Source of the DNA: an uncultured Rickettsiales bacterium
GTDB lineage: Bacteria; Pseudomonadota; Alphaproteobacteria; Rickettsiales; JABDBP01
NCBI GenBank assembly: GCA_964450945.1
Contig: CAYVHI010000001.1
Span: 1 to 63,904 of the forward strand
Reading direction: 5' to 3'
DNA length: 63,904 nucleotides
In this document: piece after piece, positions 48,486 through 58,000 of the stretch
Numbering within the stretch: the stretch's first letter is position 1
Layout of the letters: every line of letters begins with the position of its first letter
Position numbers and translations under genes: made by a program
Notes under the pieces: model-generated
The model's database searches: none
What the model was told of the DNA's origin: nothing
What the model saw: the letters and a program-made list of their open reading frames with translations, nothing else

Positions 48486-48764
48486 ATGCCAGTAAAAAAG
48501 AAAAAAAATTTTGTGGCGCAGGTAATGGCCGGAAAAGAGCGGGTTTATTATCTGCGCTGGGAGCGCAAGACCGGCGAGCCGGTATGGTATTTCATTCAGG
48601 CAGAGCCACCCAAGGAGAAGGCTTTATTAAAAGCTCTGGAGGGAAGTGCTGCTTTCCACCCTGAACAATTCGGCAAGATACTGAGTTGGGGTTATGGCGA
48701 ACCTTCCGTTGCCTTAAAAAAAGAAATGCAGGAAAAATATAAAATCCGCTATCAGGATGAATAG
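48486..48764 (+). CDS. Hypothetical protein
   Basis: 92 aa ORF starting 3 nt after the previous stop. Confidence 0.65.
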   Translation: MPVKKKKNFVAQVMAGKERVYYLRWERKTGEPVWYFIQAEPPKEKALLKALEGSAAFHPEQFGKILSWGYGEPSVALKKEMQEKYKIRYQDE

Positions 48765-48767
48765 TTT

Positions 48768-49109
48768 TTAACTTATCAACCCTTTTTCCTTGAACAGGTT
48801 CTGCAGGTCACCGGTCTGGAACATTTCGCGGCAGATATCAGCGCCGCCAACGAACTCACCTTTCACGAATAGCTGCGGGATGGTTGGCCAGTTGTTATAT
48901 TGCTTTATGCCTTCGCGCACATTTTCGTCAGCCAGAACATCCACATCCTTATATGGAACTTTCAGGTGGTTTAGAATCTGCACAACAGTCATGGAAAACC
49001 CGCAGCGCGGCGCTTCTCTTGTCCCTTTCAGGTAAACAATCACATCATTGTTTTTTATATCCTGTTCGATCTGGGCAATAACACTGTTATCAATTGCTGG
49101 CATGTTCAT
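48768..49109 (-). CDS. grxD: Monothiol glutaredoxin Grx4
   Basis: KGT...PRCGFS, WPTIPQLFVKGEFVGG. Confidence 0.96.
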   Translation of the reverse strand: MNMPAIDNSVIAQIEQDIKNNDVIVYLKGTREAPRCGFSMTVVQILNHLKVPYKDVDVLADENVREGIKQYNNWPTIPQLFVKGEFVGGADICREMFQTGDLQNLFKEKGLIS

Positions 49110-49207
49110 AAATATCTCCTTTAATTTAAGGAAAAAGGCAGTCTAGAGCACATTTTTCCATCAAACAAGAGCTTTTTATCATTATAATGGGGTATAACCC
49201 ATTAGAT

Positions 49208-49251
49208 TTCATAAAACTTTAACACAAAAAGCCTGTTTTTTTTGCTATAAT
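49208..49251 (+). promoter_or_regulatory. CtrA-like box plus -10 of the bolA/grxD array
   Basis: ttcataaaactttaac ... gctataat (22 nt gap to tataat). Confidence 0.6.
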
Positions 49252-49256
49252 CCACT

Positions 49257-49400
49257 CATTCAAATTGCTTATATTCAGGCTTAAGGATTACCCAGAAAGG
49301 GTATTTCTTGAATATAAGCGGTTCAAAAAGTATCAGCCCCACCTGTGGGGAAGATATTCCGGTAAGATAAACTGGCGAAAGCTGTAGACTTACTTTTTCA
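49257..49400 (+). ncRNA. Conserved structured leader, motif B copy 1
   Basis: Near-identical to the reverse complement of 58330..58472 and related to 56238..56376 and 57741..57875. Confidence 0.7.
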
Positions 49401-49427
49401 TATACAACCCAATCACACAACTGTAGT

Positions 49428-49462
49428 GCCTTATCCACTTCGTGAAACGTTTTCACGAGTGG
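49428..49462 (+). repeat. Motif D hairpin (gccttatccact...agtgg) before a cassette ORF
   Basis: Copies at 49428, 49765, 50204 and (minus strand) 58260..58302. Confidence 0.75.
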
Positions 49463-49489
49463 TTTTCTGTTCGTTCGGAGCAATTTCTC

Positions 49490-49714
49490 ATGCGTCGGGC
49501 TCAGATTATGGTGGAGGATGGCGGTAAAAAACTTACCGTAACTCCCCCCGCCGGAATCAAGGTACACCTGTGGGTGTACTTTGAAGGCAAGGACCGGAAA
49601 GCCAAAAAGTTCGGGAACATCAGGGCAAAAAAGGTCCTGACGTTCGACAAGGAAGTCACCGAAGTTGAGGCTTTCCACGGCCAGCATCTCGTCGGCCAGT
49701 GGGTGAAGCAGTAG
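49490..49714 (+). CDS. Cassette ORF, small beta-rich family 1
   Basis: ATG after ggag; GGKKLTVTPPAG.KV.LWV similar to 49825; hairpin at 49720..49754. Confidence 0.7.
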   Translation: MRRAQIMVEDGGKKLTVTPPAGIKVHLWVYFEGKDRKAKKFGNIRAKKVLTFDKEVTEVEAFHGQHLVGQWVKQ

Positions 49715-49824
49715 AAACAAAGGAGTCCCGCACGTTTGTGCGGGGCTCCGCCTTCTGTTGATGCGCCTTATCCACTTCGTGAAACGTTTTCACGAGTGGC
49801 TTCTATACATTCGGAGCTTTTTCT

Positions 49825-50160
49825 ATGTCAGAGTCTTCTGTTGAAAAAGTTACCATAACGGTAACTAATGGAGGTAAGCACCTGAAGGTGCTAATCCCTC
49901 CCGGAGAGGAAATTGATCTGTGGATCTGCCTGAACGCCTTCGTGGAAGATGGTTACGGGTTCAAGGATGAAACTGCTTTCAATTTCACTGGCAGCTGCTT
50001 CGAATCTACCTACCTCTATAAAATAAGAGAGGTGGTGGTTGCCCGAAGTCGCAGGCAAGGAAAACCTCTGGGCATCTCCACTATAAGGGACACGCCAGAG
50101 AAGTGCCCAAAAGATGCAAGAATTGTCCTCGCCAAATGGACGTGGAGGAAGAAGAAGTAA
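49825..50160 (+). CDS. Cassette ORF, small beta-rich family 1
   Basis: GGKHLKVLIPPGEEIDLWI; hairpin at 50164..50198 homologous to the previous one. Confidence 0.7.
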   Translation: MSESSVEKVTITVTNGGKHLKVLIPPGEEIDLWICLNAFVEDGYGFKDETAFNFTGSCFESTYLYKIREVVVARSRRQGKPLGISTIRDTPEKCPKDARIVLAKWTWRKKK

Positions 50161-50263
50161 ACCAAGGGGCCCTGCACTAACGTGCGGGGCTCCGCCTTCG
50201 AGAGCCTTATCCACTTTTAGGGAACGTTTCCCTAAGTGGCTTCTATACTTCTCAGGAGCAAAA

Positions 50264-50506
50264 ATGCACTTTGACGATGTCCTGCTCATCGTGAGTGGGA
50301 ACACTTTCACGCTGGAAGCCGAAAAGAGCCACATTCTTGACGTAAGAGTGTGGCTTGAAGGAGCCACATACTGGGAGACGAACACCCGCTGGTGGTGCTC
50401 TCAGGGTAAGATGCAAACCGCCTTTAAAGCCGATATCAAGGCGGTCGAGGTGTGGGAAATCGTGACAGTCACTTGCATTCGCAAGTGGCCGCCCGAAAAG
50501 AAATAA
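50264..50506 (+). CDS. Cassette ORF, small beta-rich family 1
   Basis: aggagcaaaaATG; ends IKAVEVW...IRKWPPE; terminator gaaaaccc..gggttttc. Confidence 0.7.
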   Translation: MHFDDVLLIVSGNTFTLEAEKSHILDVRVWLEGATYWETNTRWWCSQGKMQTAFKADIKAVEVWEIVTVTCIRKWPPEKK

Positions 50507-50546
50507 ACCAAAGAAAACCCTCAACTATGTTGGGGGTTTTCGCATT

Positions 50547-50765
50547 TTAAACTGCTGTTTTTATTGAGATGGCGTGGATGTTTTTTCCTTTTACGGCATC
50601 CTGCACCATGCGGTGCTGCTGGATTAGCGGCTTGCCCTTAAAACCCTCCCACACTACTTTCACATCGAAATGGTCCTGGTCTCCTGCGGTATCTATCACC
50701 TCTACTGTTGCTCCCGAAAAATTATTTTCCAGAATTGACTTAAGCTCTGCTGGCGCTATTGGCAT
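50547..50765 (-). CDS. bolA: BolA family protein
   Basis: GDQDHF.V.VV...F.GK.LIQQHRMV, IHAISIKT. Confidence 0.93.
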   Translation of the reverse strand: MPIAPAELKSILENNFSGATVEVIDTAGDQDHFDVKVVWEGFKGKPLIQQHRMVQDAVKGKNIHAISIKTAV

Positions 50766-51729
50766 TTTTATTCTCCAGTTTTTTCATACGCTCATATAAT
50801 TCTTTTATGGTCGGCACATCAACTTTCAACAGGTTGGCGATTTCAATCACCGTGCCGATTATACCGTCCAGTTCCATCCTTTTTCCCTTCTCGAAATCCT
50901 GCAGCATGGAAGTTTTATGGCTGCCGGATTTATGTCCCTCCTCCAATCTTTGTTCTACTGTCATGCCGAGATCGATGCCAAGGGAATCGCTAACTTTTTT
51001 CATCTCCGTCATTATATCGGCCGCCCATTGCTTGGTTTTTTCATCCTCAACGATTTCCTTCATGCCGAGTGATGTCAAAACACTTATAGGGTTGAAAGAT
51101 ATGTTGCCCCATAGTTTCAGCCATGTCTCATTTCTTATCTTTGCGGTGATTATCGGCCGCATGCCAGCCTTCTCAAGAATGCTGATAAGTGTTTTAAGGC
51201 GCAGCGTCTCTGTTCCTTCTAGCTCCCCAAACATCAGCCGCCTGCCGCCCATATAAGTTATAACGCCTGGCGCGGTGATGCCAGTGGAAATATAGATTAT
51301 CCCACCGATTATTCGCGCTGGCTCAATCAGCTTATTCAAATTATTTTCAGGATCAGAGATTTTTAAATGCGCACCCTTAAGAGGCCCATCATAACGCTCG
51401 AAATACCACCACGGAATGCCATTCATCACAGTGACAACAGCCGTGTTTTTCCCCAGTAGCGGTTTTATGCTTTTTGCGACTGATGGAACATCATGCCCCT
51501 TAACACTCACTATCACAAAATCCTGCTCACCCAGTGTTTCAGGCTTATCTGTAGCTTTTATTTTGCAGATTGTTTCTTTTTTTTCGGAATCGATTATTTT
51601 TAGGCCGTTTTTCTGAATGGCCTTTAAATGTTCACCGCGCGCGACGATGGAAATCTCTTCACCTGTTGTGAATAATTTGCTGGCGATAACACCGCCAACA
51701 CCACCCGCCCCGTAGACACATATTTTCAT
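50740..51729 (-). CDS. panE: Ketopantoate reductase family protein
   Basis: ICVYGAGGVG, RGEHL.AI...GL, W.KLWGN..FNPIS.LT, KTSMLQD.E.G...E.D.I.G. Confidence 0.85.
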   Translation of the reverse strand: MKICVYGAGGVGGVIASKLFTTGEEISIVARGEHLKAIQKNGLKIIDSEKKETICKIKATDKPETLGEQDFVIVSVKGHDVPSVAKSIKPLLGKNTAVVTVMNGIPWWYFERYDGPLKGAHLKISDPENNLNKLIEPARIIGGIIYISTGITAPGVITYMGGRRLMFGELEGTETLRLKTLISILEKAGMRPIITAKIRNETWLKLWGNISFNPISVLTSLGMKEIVEDEKTKQWAADIMTEMKKVSDSLGIDLGMTVEQRLEEGHKSGSHKTSMLQDFEKGKRMELDGIIGTVIEIANLLKVDVPTIKELYERMKKLENKNANSASRA

Positions 51730-51768
51730 GGAAGTATCTTATACAGAAATTTTTATAAAAACAAAATC

Positions 51769-52179
51769 CTATCTATCCCAGGATTCGCCCTGGTAGCCAC
51801 CATCTCTTGGCCGGTCTTCCAAGCCGTCATCAGGGTTGTGGGGCTTTTGTTCAATCCTAAGAAATTCCCTTATTACTCTGTTGCGTGCTTCCTGTGTAAT
51901 ATTTATTACTAGTAGATTCGGACCGCCTTCAATTATGCATTCGCCGGTACTTAAAGGGTGGGATAGAATAGTCCTAAGTGCTGTTTCAACCTCCGGCTTA
52001 GCACTAACCGTGGCTCTGTAGGATTTTTCTTCTTCACCTTCTACCTCTGGCGGCGCGCCTCTTGGACGGCGGTAAACAAATGTCCTTTCCCATATTGAAG
52101 GATCTTTAAGCAATTTTATCGCTTCTTTAATACTTGGATCTTTATCATCAAATAAAGTCATATCAGGCAGCCATTTCAA
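51769..52179 (-). CDS. Hypothetical protein
   Basis: 136 aa ORF. Confidence 0.55.
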   Translation of the reverse strand: MKWLPDMTLFDDKDPSIKEAIKLLKDPSIWERTFVYRRPRGAPPEVEGEEEKSYRATVSAKPEVETALRTILSHPLSTGECIIEGGPNLLVINITQEARNRVIREFLRIEQKPHNPDDGLEDRPRDGGYQGESWDR

Positions 52180-52705
52180 GATTAGGTTCTAGAATGGCAG
52201 TAGAAGTAATTGCCTGCTGGTAAACCATGTTTGCGTTGCCGCTACCGGTATTCGAATTATCATTGGCAAATTTTAACTCGTGGGTTTTTGGCTTTCTTGC
52301 CGAAGGTGTATCTTTTAAACCCATTGTCTCATAAGTTATGCCGCCATAGCTGGGTGCGAAATTGATAACCCTGACTTTTGAAAAGAATGTGTCTGTGGCT
52401 GTTGGCTGCTGGGCAATAACTTGCGCCAGGAACAAGCTTGAGAATGTTGAAACGATTTTTTCACTGAGCGTGCCAAGAATCTCTATCTGTTCGGCTGTTT
52501 CCGTATAATCTTCATCAAAATATATCGATACTTCTGGCTGTTTCTCCTTTTTCTTCACTGAATTTTTCAGTTTTGTGCCACTGTTCGAATTAACGGCAAC
52601 CGAAGCATATGGTTCTTTTGTGACAAGCTCTTCTACCACCCTGATATCAGGATTTATGATTGGTGCGGTGGCACTTATGCCTACAAGAGGAATTTGCTGA
52701 ATCAT
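52163..52705 (-). CDS. Hypothetical protein
   Basis: 180 aa ORF with RBS-like aggtaggtaag. Confidence 0.6.
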   Translation of the reverse strand: MIQQIPLVGISATAPIINPDIRVVEELVTKEPYASVAVNSNSGTKLKNSVKKKEKQPEVSIYFDEDYTETAEQIEILGTLSEKIVSTFSSLFLAQVIAQQPTATDTFFSKVRVINFAPSYGGITYETMGLKDTPSARKPKTHELKFANDNSNTGSGNANMVYQQAITSTAILEPNLEMAA

Positions 52706-52927
52706 CTTACCTACCTAGTGTTTGAAGTTACTACCTGCTACATGCAGGGTCAAATCTATTTTTTTGAAATTTTTATTTCAGATTGAGGGAGGTATAGATA
52801 AAGGATTTTTATTCCCATGCAATTAAATTATTTTAAAATTTTTTAAACGATTGAAGAGCAAGGATTAAGATAAAAAGGGCGGAACTTGTAATTAGAAAAT
52901 ATGGAGCTATTGTAGCCACACATAATT

Positions 52928-54517
52928 ATGTTCGAATCACTAAGAGATTTTATTGACCATCTTGAGAAGGAAGGTGAGCTGAGGCGTGTGAAAACGCAGG
53001 TTTCGCCGGTTCTTGAGATGACCGAGATCGGCACCCGCCTGATAGCGGAAGCCGGCCCCGCTATGCTGTTTGAAAATGTTGTTATGAACGAGGACAGAAC
53101 GTCCGAGCGAGCCTTCAGCCAGCGAAGCGACGCCTCATTGAATTTGCAGGAGGCAAATTCAGGAGGCATACCGCAGGGTATTAAAAATAAATCCATCCCT
53201 ACCCTGATAAACCTCTTCGGCACGGTAAACCGCGTTGCAATGGGTATGGGAACCACGCCGGAAGGTCTAAGGGAGGTGGGCAAGACCCTTGCTTTCCTGC
53301 GTCAGCCGGAGCCCCCTGGTGGCTGGAAGGAAGCAGCCGGTATGCTGCCGCTCCTCAAGAAGGTTATGGCCATGAAGCCAAAAACCGTCTCAAAGGCGCC
53401 CTGCCAGGAAGTGGTTTTGACCGGAAATGAGATAGATTTAGGGATACTTCCGATTCAGACATGCTGGCCGAACGAGCCATCCCCACTTATAACCTGGCCA
53501 TTGGTGGTAACTGAGGGGCCAAATAGGAATAATCCAAATAAAGACCCTACAGATAACTATAATCTTGGCATCTACCGTATGCAGGTTTTATCTAGCAATC
53601 AAACACTTATGCGATGGCTGAAGCATCGGGGCGGCGCCCAGCATTATGGAAAATGGAAAAAGGAAAAATCCGAACCATTTCCAGTTGCAGCAGTAATAGG
53701 GGCAGACCCAGGTACTATTTTAGCAGCAGTAACGCCGGTGCCGGAAACCATGTCAGAATACCAGTTTGCCGGGTTTCTAAGGGGTAAAGGAGTGGAGCTG
53801 GTGGATTGCAAGACAATACCGCTTAAAGTGCCAGCGCAAGCGGAAATCGTTTTGGAAGGCCATGTTTCGTTCGATGACTATCGTGATGAGGGACCATATG
53901 GTGACCATACCGGCTATTATAACTCGGTAGAAAAGTTCCCGGTATTCACTCTTTCTGCCATCACCATGCGGAAAAATCCGATTTACCTTTCCACCTATAC
54001 CGGAAAGCCGCCGGATGAACCTTCCGTGCTAGGTGAGGCGCTTAATGAAGTATTCATCCCGCTCCTCCAGCAGCAGTTCCCCGAAATAGTGGATTTCTAC
54101 CTGCCACCGGAAGGTTGCTCATATAGGATTGCTGTAGTCTCTATTAAAAAGGCTTATCCCGGCCACGCCAAGCGCATAATGATGGGCATTTGGAGCCACC
54201 TTCGCCAGTTCATGTATACGAAATGGGTTGTTATTGTTGATGACGATATCAATATCCGTGACTGGAAGGAAGTTATGTGGGCAATCTCCACCCGCATGGA
54301 TTTCGGCCGCGATATGACTGTTATTGAGAATACTCCGATCGATTACCTTGATTTTGCCTCACCCGTCTCCGGGCTAGGCAGCAAGCTTGGGTTCGATGCC
54401 ACCAACAAAATTGGCGCTGAAACTGCCCGCGAATGGGGCAGAAAAATCGAGATGGAAGGAAAAGTAAAAGAAAAGATTGATAAAATCTGGGCAGAACTAA
54501 AACCTTCTAAAAACTAA
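52928..54517 (+). CDS. ubiD: UbiD-family decarboxylase with an in-frame insertion
   Basis: [63 protein letters not shown]. Confidence 0.97.
   Translation: MFESLRDFIDHLEKEGELRRVKTQVSPVLEMTEIGTRLIAEAGPAMLFENVVMNEDRTSERAFSQRSDASLNLQEANSGGIPQGIKNKSIPTLINLFGTVNRVAMGMGTTPEGLREVGKTLAFLRQPEPPGGWKEAAGMLPLLKKVMAMKPKTVSKAPCQEVVLTGNEIDLGILPIQTCWPNEPSPLITWPLVVTEGPNRNNPNKDPTDNYNLGIYRMQVLSSNQTLMRWLKHRGGAQHYGKWKKEKSEPFPVAAVIGADPGTILAAVTPVPETMSEYQFAGFLRGKGVELVDCKTIPLKVPAQAEIVLEGHVSFDDYRDEGPYGDHTGYYNSVEKFPVFTLSAITMRKNPIYLSTYTGKPPDEPSVLGEALNEVFIPLLQQQFPEIVDFYLPPEGCSYRIAVVSIKKAYPGHAKRIMMGIWSHLRQFMYTKWVVIVDDDINIRDWKEVMWAISTRMDFGRDMTVIENTPIDYLDFASPVSGLGSKLGFDATNKIGAETAREWGRKIEMEGKVKEKIDKIWAELKPSKN
53104..53172 (+). 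repeat. Short repeat, family 2, in frame inside ubiD
   Basis: cgagcgagccttcagccagcgaagcgac plus hairpin gaatttgc-aggag-gcaaattc. Confidence 0.65.
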
Positions 54518-54569
54518 TTTAAAATGAAAAACCCTACAGAATCCTTTTAGGACGCTGTAGGGTTTTTCT

Positions 54570-54869
54570 TTAGACAACCCAAAGAGACTTTATTGACTCG
54601 TGTGGGTCATCGAGAAATTCCGCTTTACCAGGCTGGATGGTTTTCCAGTGGTGGAACTCTATTTGGCAAGGTTCAGGATTAGTTATCTGAACCTTACCAT
54701 GTCCTGTAATGTAGAAAATTTGCCCTGAAGAAACTTTCAGGGTTATTTCCTTTTCTACAGGAATTTTTATCCCGCCAAAAACCCAGGGGCATAAGAGACC
54801 TTCTATGTCACAGACAGTTAGGTCTTCATCTCCCAGATTCTTGATCAAGATATTTGGCATCTTCCTCAC
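54570..54869 (-). CDS. Cassette ORF, family 2
   Basis: gaaaggaggtgaggaagATG (likely start MPNILIKNLG at 54860); nested terminator at 54526..54568. Confidence 0.7.
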   Translation of the reverse strand: MRKMPNILIKNLGDEDLTVCDIEGLLCPWVFGGIKIPVEKEITLKVSSGQIFYITGHGKVQITNPEPCQIEFHHWKTIQPGKAEFLDDPHESIKSLWVV

Positions 54870-54932
54870 CTCCTTTCGGTGCCGTTAAATGCCTTAAGAA
54901 ATCCATAACAACGGGGTGGCCAATCACCTTGT

Positions 54933-55280
54933 TCATGATTCACCCTTCTTTCTGCGGTTAACAGTATCGCTTCGCCTCGAAATTGCGATGATGCGACACC
55001 GCCCCTTCCACACCTGGCCTTTCTTCAGCCACTTCTTTTCAGTAAAGAAGAGTTCGACTGAGGCCATGAAACCAAGATTCTCGACTTTTATGGGTATCTT
55101 GGCTTCTTTACACGAAACAATTACTGAGCAGGCACGGTCGAAAATGTAAAACTTTCTTGGTTCTACAATTTCCTGCCTCTGGTGCAGTAACTTCCCGCGT
55201 TTTATTACAAACCACCTAACCAGAAGTCTGTACTTCGAGCTTAGGTTTGTAATTTTGACGTTTAGGTTGCGCCTTTTCAT
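54933..55280 (-). CDS. Cassette ORF, family 2
   Basis: VKITNLS...LLVRW...KRG resembles 56506 (VLIKNVG...IHVEW..LKRKRG). Confidence 0.6.
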   Translation of the reverse strand: MKRRNLNVKITNLSSKYRLLVRWFVIKRGKLLHQRQEIVEPRKFYIFDRACSVIVSCKEAKIPIKVENLGFMASVELFFTEKKWLKKGQVWKGRCRIIAISRRSDTVNRRKKGES

Positions 55281-55320
55281 GAGGCTTTCTCCAAAAAAAG
55301 ACAAGGTTCTGAAAAAACCT

Positions 55321-55396
55321 CTTCTCTGTTCCAAGAGTGAAGGGGAGTGCCTTTTTTATACGGCCATTTCTGACCTAAGGCGAAACCCCTTCATCC
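55321..55396 (-). repeat. Motif C intergenic structured repeat, copy 1
   Basis: gaaggggtttcgccttaggtcagaaatggcc...aggcactccccttc; also at 55778..55845 and 57215..57290. Confidence 0.75.
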
Positions 55397-55401
55397 TTTT
55401 T

Positions 55402-55734
55402 TCAACCAGTCGGATTCTCTTTTGTCTGAGCGGTTGGATCCTTTAGGTGCAAGGATCCTTGCCCGTTCTCAACAACGAGACGGGCCCAGAGGGTTCCATC
55501 TGGGTGAAAGAGTTCAATCTTTCCATCCATGTGAATTTCAGTTGCTCCCGTTTTATGCGGGCGAATTTCAACAACTTGTTCCTCACAATCTGCTATGGTC
55601 ACCAATAGGACAGTAGCGCCTTTACAGTGGCCATTGTAAGCTACAACCCTGTGCGCAGTGTTGCCGCAGTGGCTACAGTGCGCACTATGGTTGTCAAACT
55701 CACCAGCCGTACCGTATTTATAACGGTACTCCAT
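55402..55734 (-). CDS. Cassette ORF, hypothetical (Cys/His-rich N-terminus)
   Basis: aaaaggagaaaaagttATG; HCSHC motif. Confidence 0.65.
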   Translation of the reverse strand: MEYRYKYGTAGEFDNHSAHCSHCGNTAHRVVAYNGHCKGATVLLVTIADCEEQVVEIRPHKTGATEIHMDGKIELFHPDGTLWARLVVENGQGSLHLKDPTAQTKENPTG

Positions 55735-55777
55735 AACTTTTCTCCTTTTGGGCGAAAGTTGTGGGATCAGAAAACCT

Positions 55778-55845
55778 CTTCTCTGTTCCGAAAGTGAAGG
55801 GGAGTGCCTTTTTATGCGGCCATTTCTGGCCTAAGGCAAACACCT
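55778..55845 (-). repeat. Motif C copy 2
   Basis: gccttaggccagaaatggccgcataaaaaggcactccccttcactttcggaacagagaag. Confidence 0.75.
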
Positions 55846-55857
55846 CCACCCCAAAAA

Positions 55858-56118
55858 TTATTTGTCCCTTGTTGACGGCCACTCCGCTAAGGGAGTGACA
55901 TCATCAACAAAGGCCCAAACTTTGACGTACACAACCTTCCGGTTATAGTATGTCTGGGTCCAGATTTCTTCTCCTTCCGGGGGAGAAACGCTGTAATACC
56001 AGCTTGGAATGGTTGCCCCTTCCAAGCCGACTTCAACATCAACCGGTTCCTTCCGGTTGATACCGTTGATCAAGACACAATTTTTTTCCTGATCAACGTA
56101 GGCCCGGATTTTTGCCAT
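55858..56118 (-). CDS. Cassette ORF, small beta-rich family 1
   Basis: gaaaggaggtgagaaagATGGC; PVDVEVG...VYVKVW...PLAEWP. Confidence 0.75.
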   Translation of the reverse strand: MAKIRAYVDQEKNCVLINGINRKEPVDVEVGLEGATIPSWYYSVSPPEGEEIWTQTYYNRKVVYVKVWAFVDDVTPLAEWPSTRDK

Positions 56119-56237
56119 CTTTCTCACCTCCTTTCTTTGGCGGTTAGATGACAAATGATCGAAGCTATCGGAAGCACGCAAGGAAACGATCCATGCATGA
56201 TTGTTTATGGTTTTTTATGTTTTTGGATTTCTATTTA

Positions 56238-56376
56238 GGAAGGCAAGGCGAACACCACGAAGGCCGTTTGTCTTGTCTGGAATGCCATGCCCACAGGTGG
56301 GTTTGGCACTTAATGAACCGCCATCTTTCCAAGAATGTTTTGCATTCCTTAACCTTAAAAAGAGGCAATTTAAGAA
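56238..56376 (-). ncRNA. Motif B copy 2
   Basis: aaattgc..ttaagga..gcggttca..acccacctgtggg; promoter box at 56409..56424. Confidence 0.65.
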
Positions 56377-56505
56377 CTTACATTATAGCAAATATGTAAA
56401 AGGTTAGTGTTACAGTTTTGTGAAATATGAAGGATATTTAAAATAAAAAACCCTCCTGGTCATCCCTTTGTCTTTTTAAGACTTAGGGTGCCGGAGGGTT
56501 CCTTT

Positions 56506-56856
56506 TTACTCTTCTTCCTCTTCGAATGGGCCGTTTTCTTTTTCCCACTCTTTTAAGGAAGTAAGTGTTAAATGTGGACAAATTGTTGTTTCCCCTGGCC
56601 TTAAAAGGTGGGGATACATACTGAATGTCCACTCCTCAACAAAAACAACCTCACCTTGGTTGGAGATTTTTGCGTTTCCACTGCCACTCTTAAAAGAGAA
56701 GCTGTGGGAAACACTTATCTCCACTGCATCCTCAACCAGTACTTTATCTTTTGGTTTGAGGTTGCAGTAACCGCCCCTTTTTCTTTTAAGGCAGCTCCAC
56801 TCAACATGGATGTTATTTCCACCCACGTTTTTTATGAGAACTTTGTTTTCTGGCAT
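56506..56856 (-). CDS. Cassette ORF, family 2
   Basis: gaaaggaggtaaaATG; nested terminator at 56452..56503. Confidence 0.7.
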   Translation of the reverse strand: MPENKVLIKNVGGNNIHVEWSCLKRKRGGYCNLKPKDKVLVEDAVEISVSHSFSFKSGSGNAKISNQGEVVFVEEWTFSMYPHLLRPGETTICPHLTLTSLKEWEKENGPFEEEEE

Positions 56857-56886
56857 TTTACCTCCTTTCAGGTTAGTGCCAAAAAA

Positions 56887-57123
56887 TCAAAATCTCTCCC
56901 AAACCGCTAACTCTTGGTAATGGGGAGAACCCATAACTTTCACCTCACAAATACGTGAGAGGAATCGCTTCCTCCACACATTTGGCTTTCTCATGTCCTC
57001 TTCATCGAGGACATAAGAAACTTCAGCTCCATCTTTTAACAGGATCTCAATCTGGACTGGCAGGTATGCTGCCAGCCCCGTAACGACTATATTTTTGCCG
57101 TTACGGGAGACTTTGATTTCCAT
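56887..57123 (-). CDS. Cassette ORF, small beta-rich family 1
   Basis: agggaggtaatATG; EIKV...V.TGL....PV, ICEVKVM...LAVW. Confidence 0.7.
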   Translation of the reverse strand: MEIKVSRNGKNIVVTGLAAYLPVQIEILLKDGAEVSYVLDEEDMRKPNVWRKRFLSRICEVKVMGSPHYQELAVWERF

Positions 57124-57214
57124 ATTACCTCCCTTAAGGTATTGTTGCAGCAACACCATAAAAAAAGAAAGAACATCACCCAGTAAAAACAACGGGGCGG
57201 CCGGATGGCCAGAA

Positions 57215-57290
57215 CTTCCCTGTTCCGAAGATGAAGGGGAGTGCCTTTTTATGATACCATTTCTGGCCTAAGGCGAAACCCCTTCATCCT
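57215..57290 (-). repeat. Motif C copy 3
   Basis: ggatgaaggggtttcgccttaggccagaaatgg...aggcactccccttcatcttcggaacagggaag. Confidence 0.75.
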
Positions 57291-57302
57291 TTTCCAAAAG
57301 TC

Positions 57303-57623
57303 TTAGCCAGTCAATTCCGGCGGCGGAATTGTTGGACTTTGAGGTGGGGGTGGCGGCGGAACATCGCTTTCCGACTTCCACTGAGCAAGAGGAGGAGGAT
57401 TCTCCTCCTCGCTGAACCCGTATCCCCAGACTGCGACGTAATTGATTGGTCGCAGCCGGGAAACACAGCCCCAGCTTTTCTCGCCGCGCTCGGGTACGCT
57501 ATGGTACCAATCGCAATGATTGGTTCCATAATACCCGATCTGGACATCTACGGGATCGATGTGATCCAGCCCCGTAATGATGACGCCGCGGTGAGTTTCT
57601 GCCACCTTGATCTCGACTGCCAT
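57303..57623 (-). CDS. Cassette ORF, small beta-rich family 1 with Pro-rich tail
   Basis: Same RBS context as 56118; PVDVQIG...INYVAVW...PLAQWK. Confidence 0.75.
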   Translation of the reverse strand: MAVEIKVAETHRGVIITGLDHIDPVDVQIGYYGTNHCDWYHSVPERGEKSWGCVSRLRPINYVAVWGYGFSEEENPPPLAQWKSESDVPPPPPPQSPTIPPPELTG

Positions 57624-57740
57624 CTTTCTCACCTCCTTTCTTTGGTGGTTAGATGACAATGGATAGAGGCTATCGGAAGCACGCATGGAAACGATCCATG
57701 CATGATGCTTGGTTTTTTGTTTTTGGATTTCTATGTGATG

Positions 57741-57875
57741 AAGCAGGCTGCGGCACTAAAGCCAGTTTATCCTGCTTAGAATATCATCCCCACAGGTGGG
57801 TCTGATACTTTTTGAACCGCCATCTTTCCAAGAATGTTTTACATTCCTTAACCTTAAAAAGAGGCAATTTAAGAA
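57741..57875 (-). ncRNA. Motif B copy 3
   Basis: Part of an ~310-bp duplication (57624..57935 vs 56119..56435); promoter box at 57908..57923. Confidence 0.65.
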
Positions 57876-58000
57876 TTTACATTATACCAAATAAGTAAAA
57901 GGCTAGTGTTACAGTTTTATGAAATATGAAGGGGTTTTTCTTTGGCCTTTAAAATGCGAAAACCCCCGTGCCTTTTAAGCTATTCGGGGGTTTTCTTCGG

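Noticed and set aside
49200-50540. Classical integron or attC cassette array
   Set aside because: No intI in the window, no consistent RYYYAAC...GTTRRRY boundaries, and many cassettes have their own promoters. An integrase elsewhere cannot be excluded.
56300-56330. Group II intron domain V (gaaccgcc on the + strand)
   Set aside because: Only the first 8 nt match; there is no DV hairpin, DVI or intron-encoded protein.
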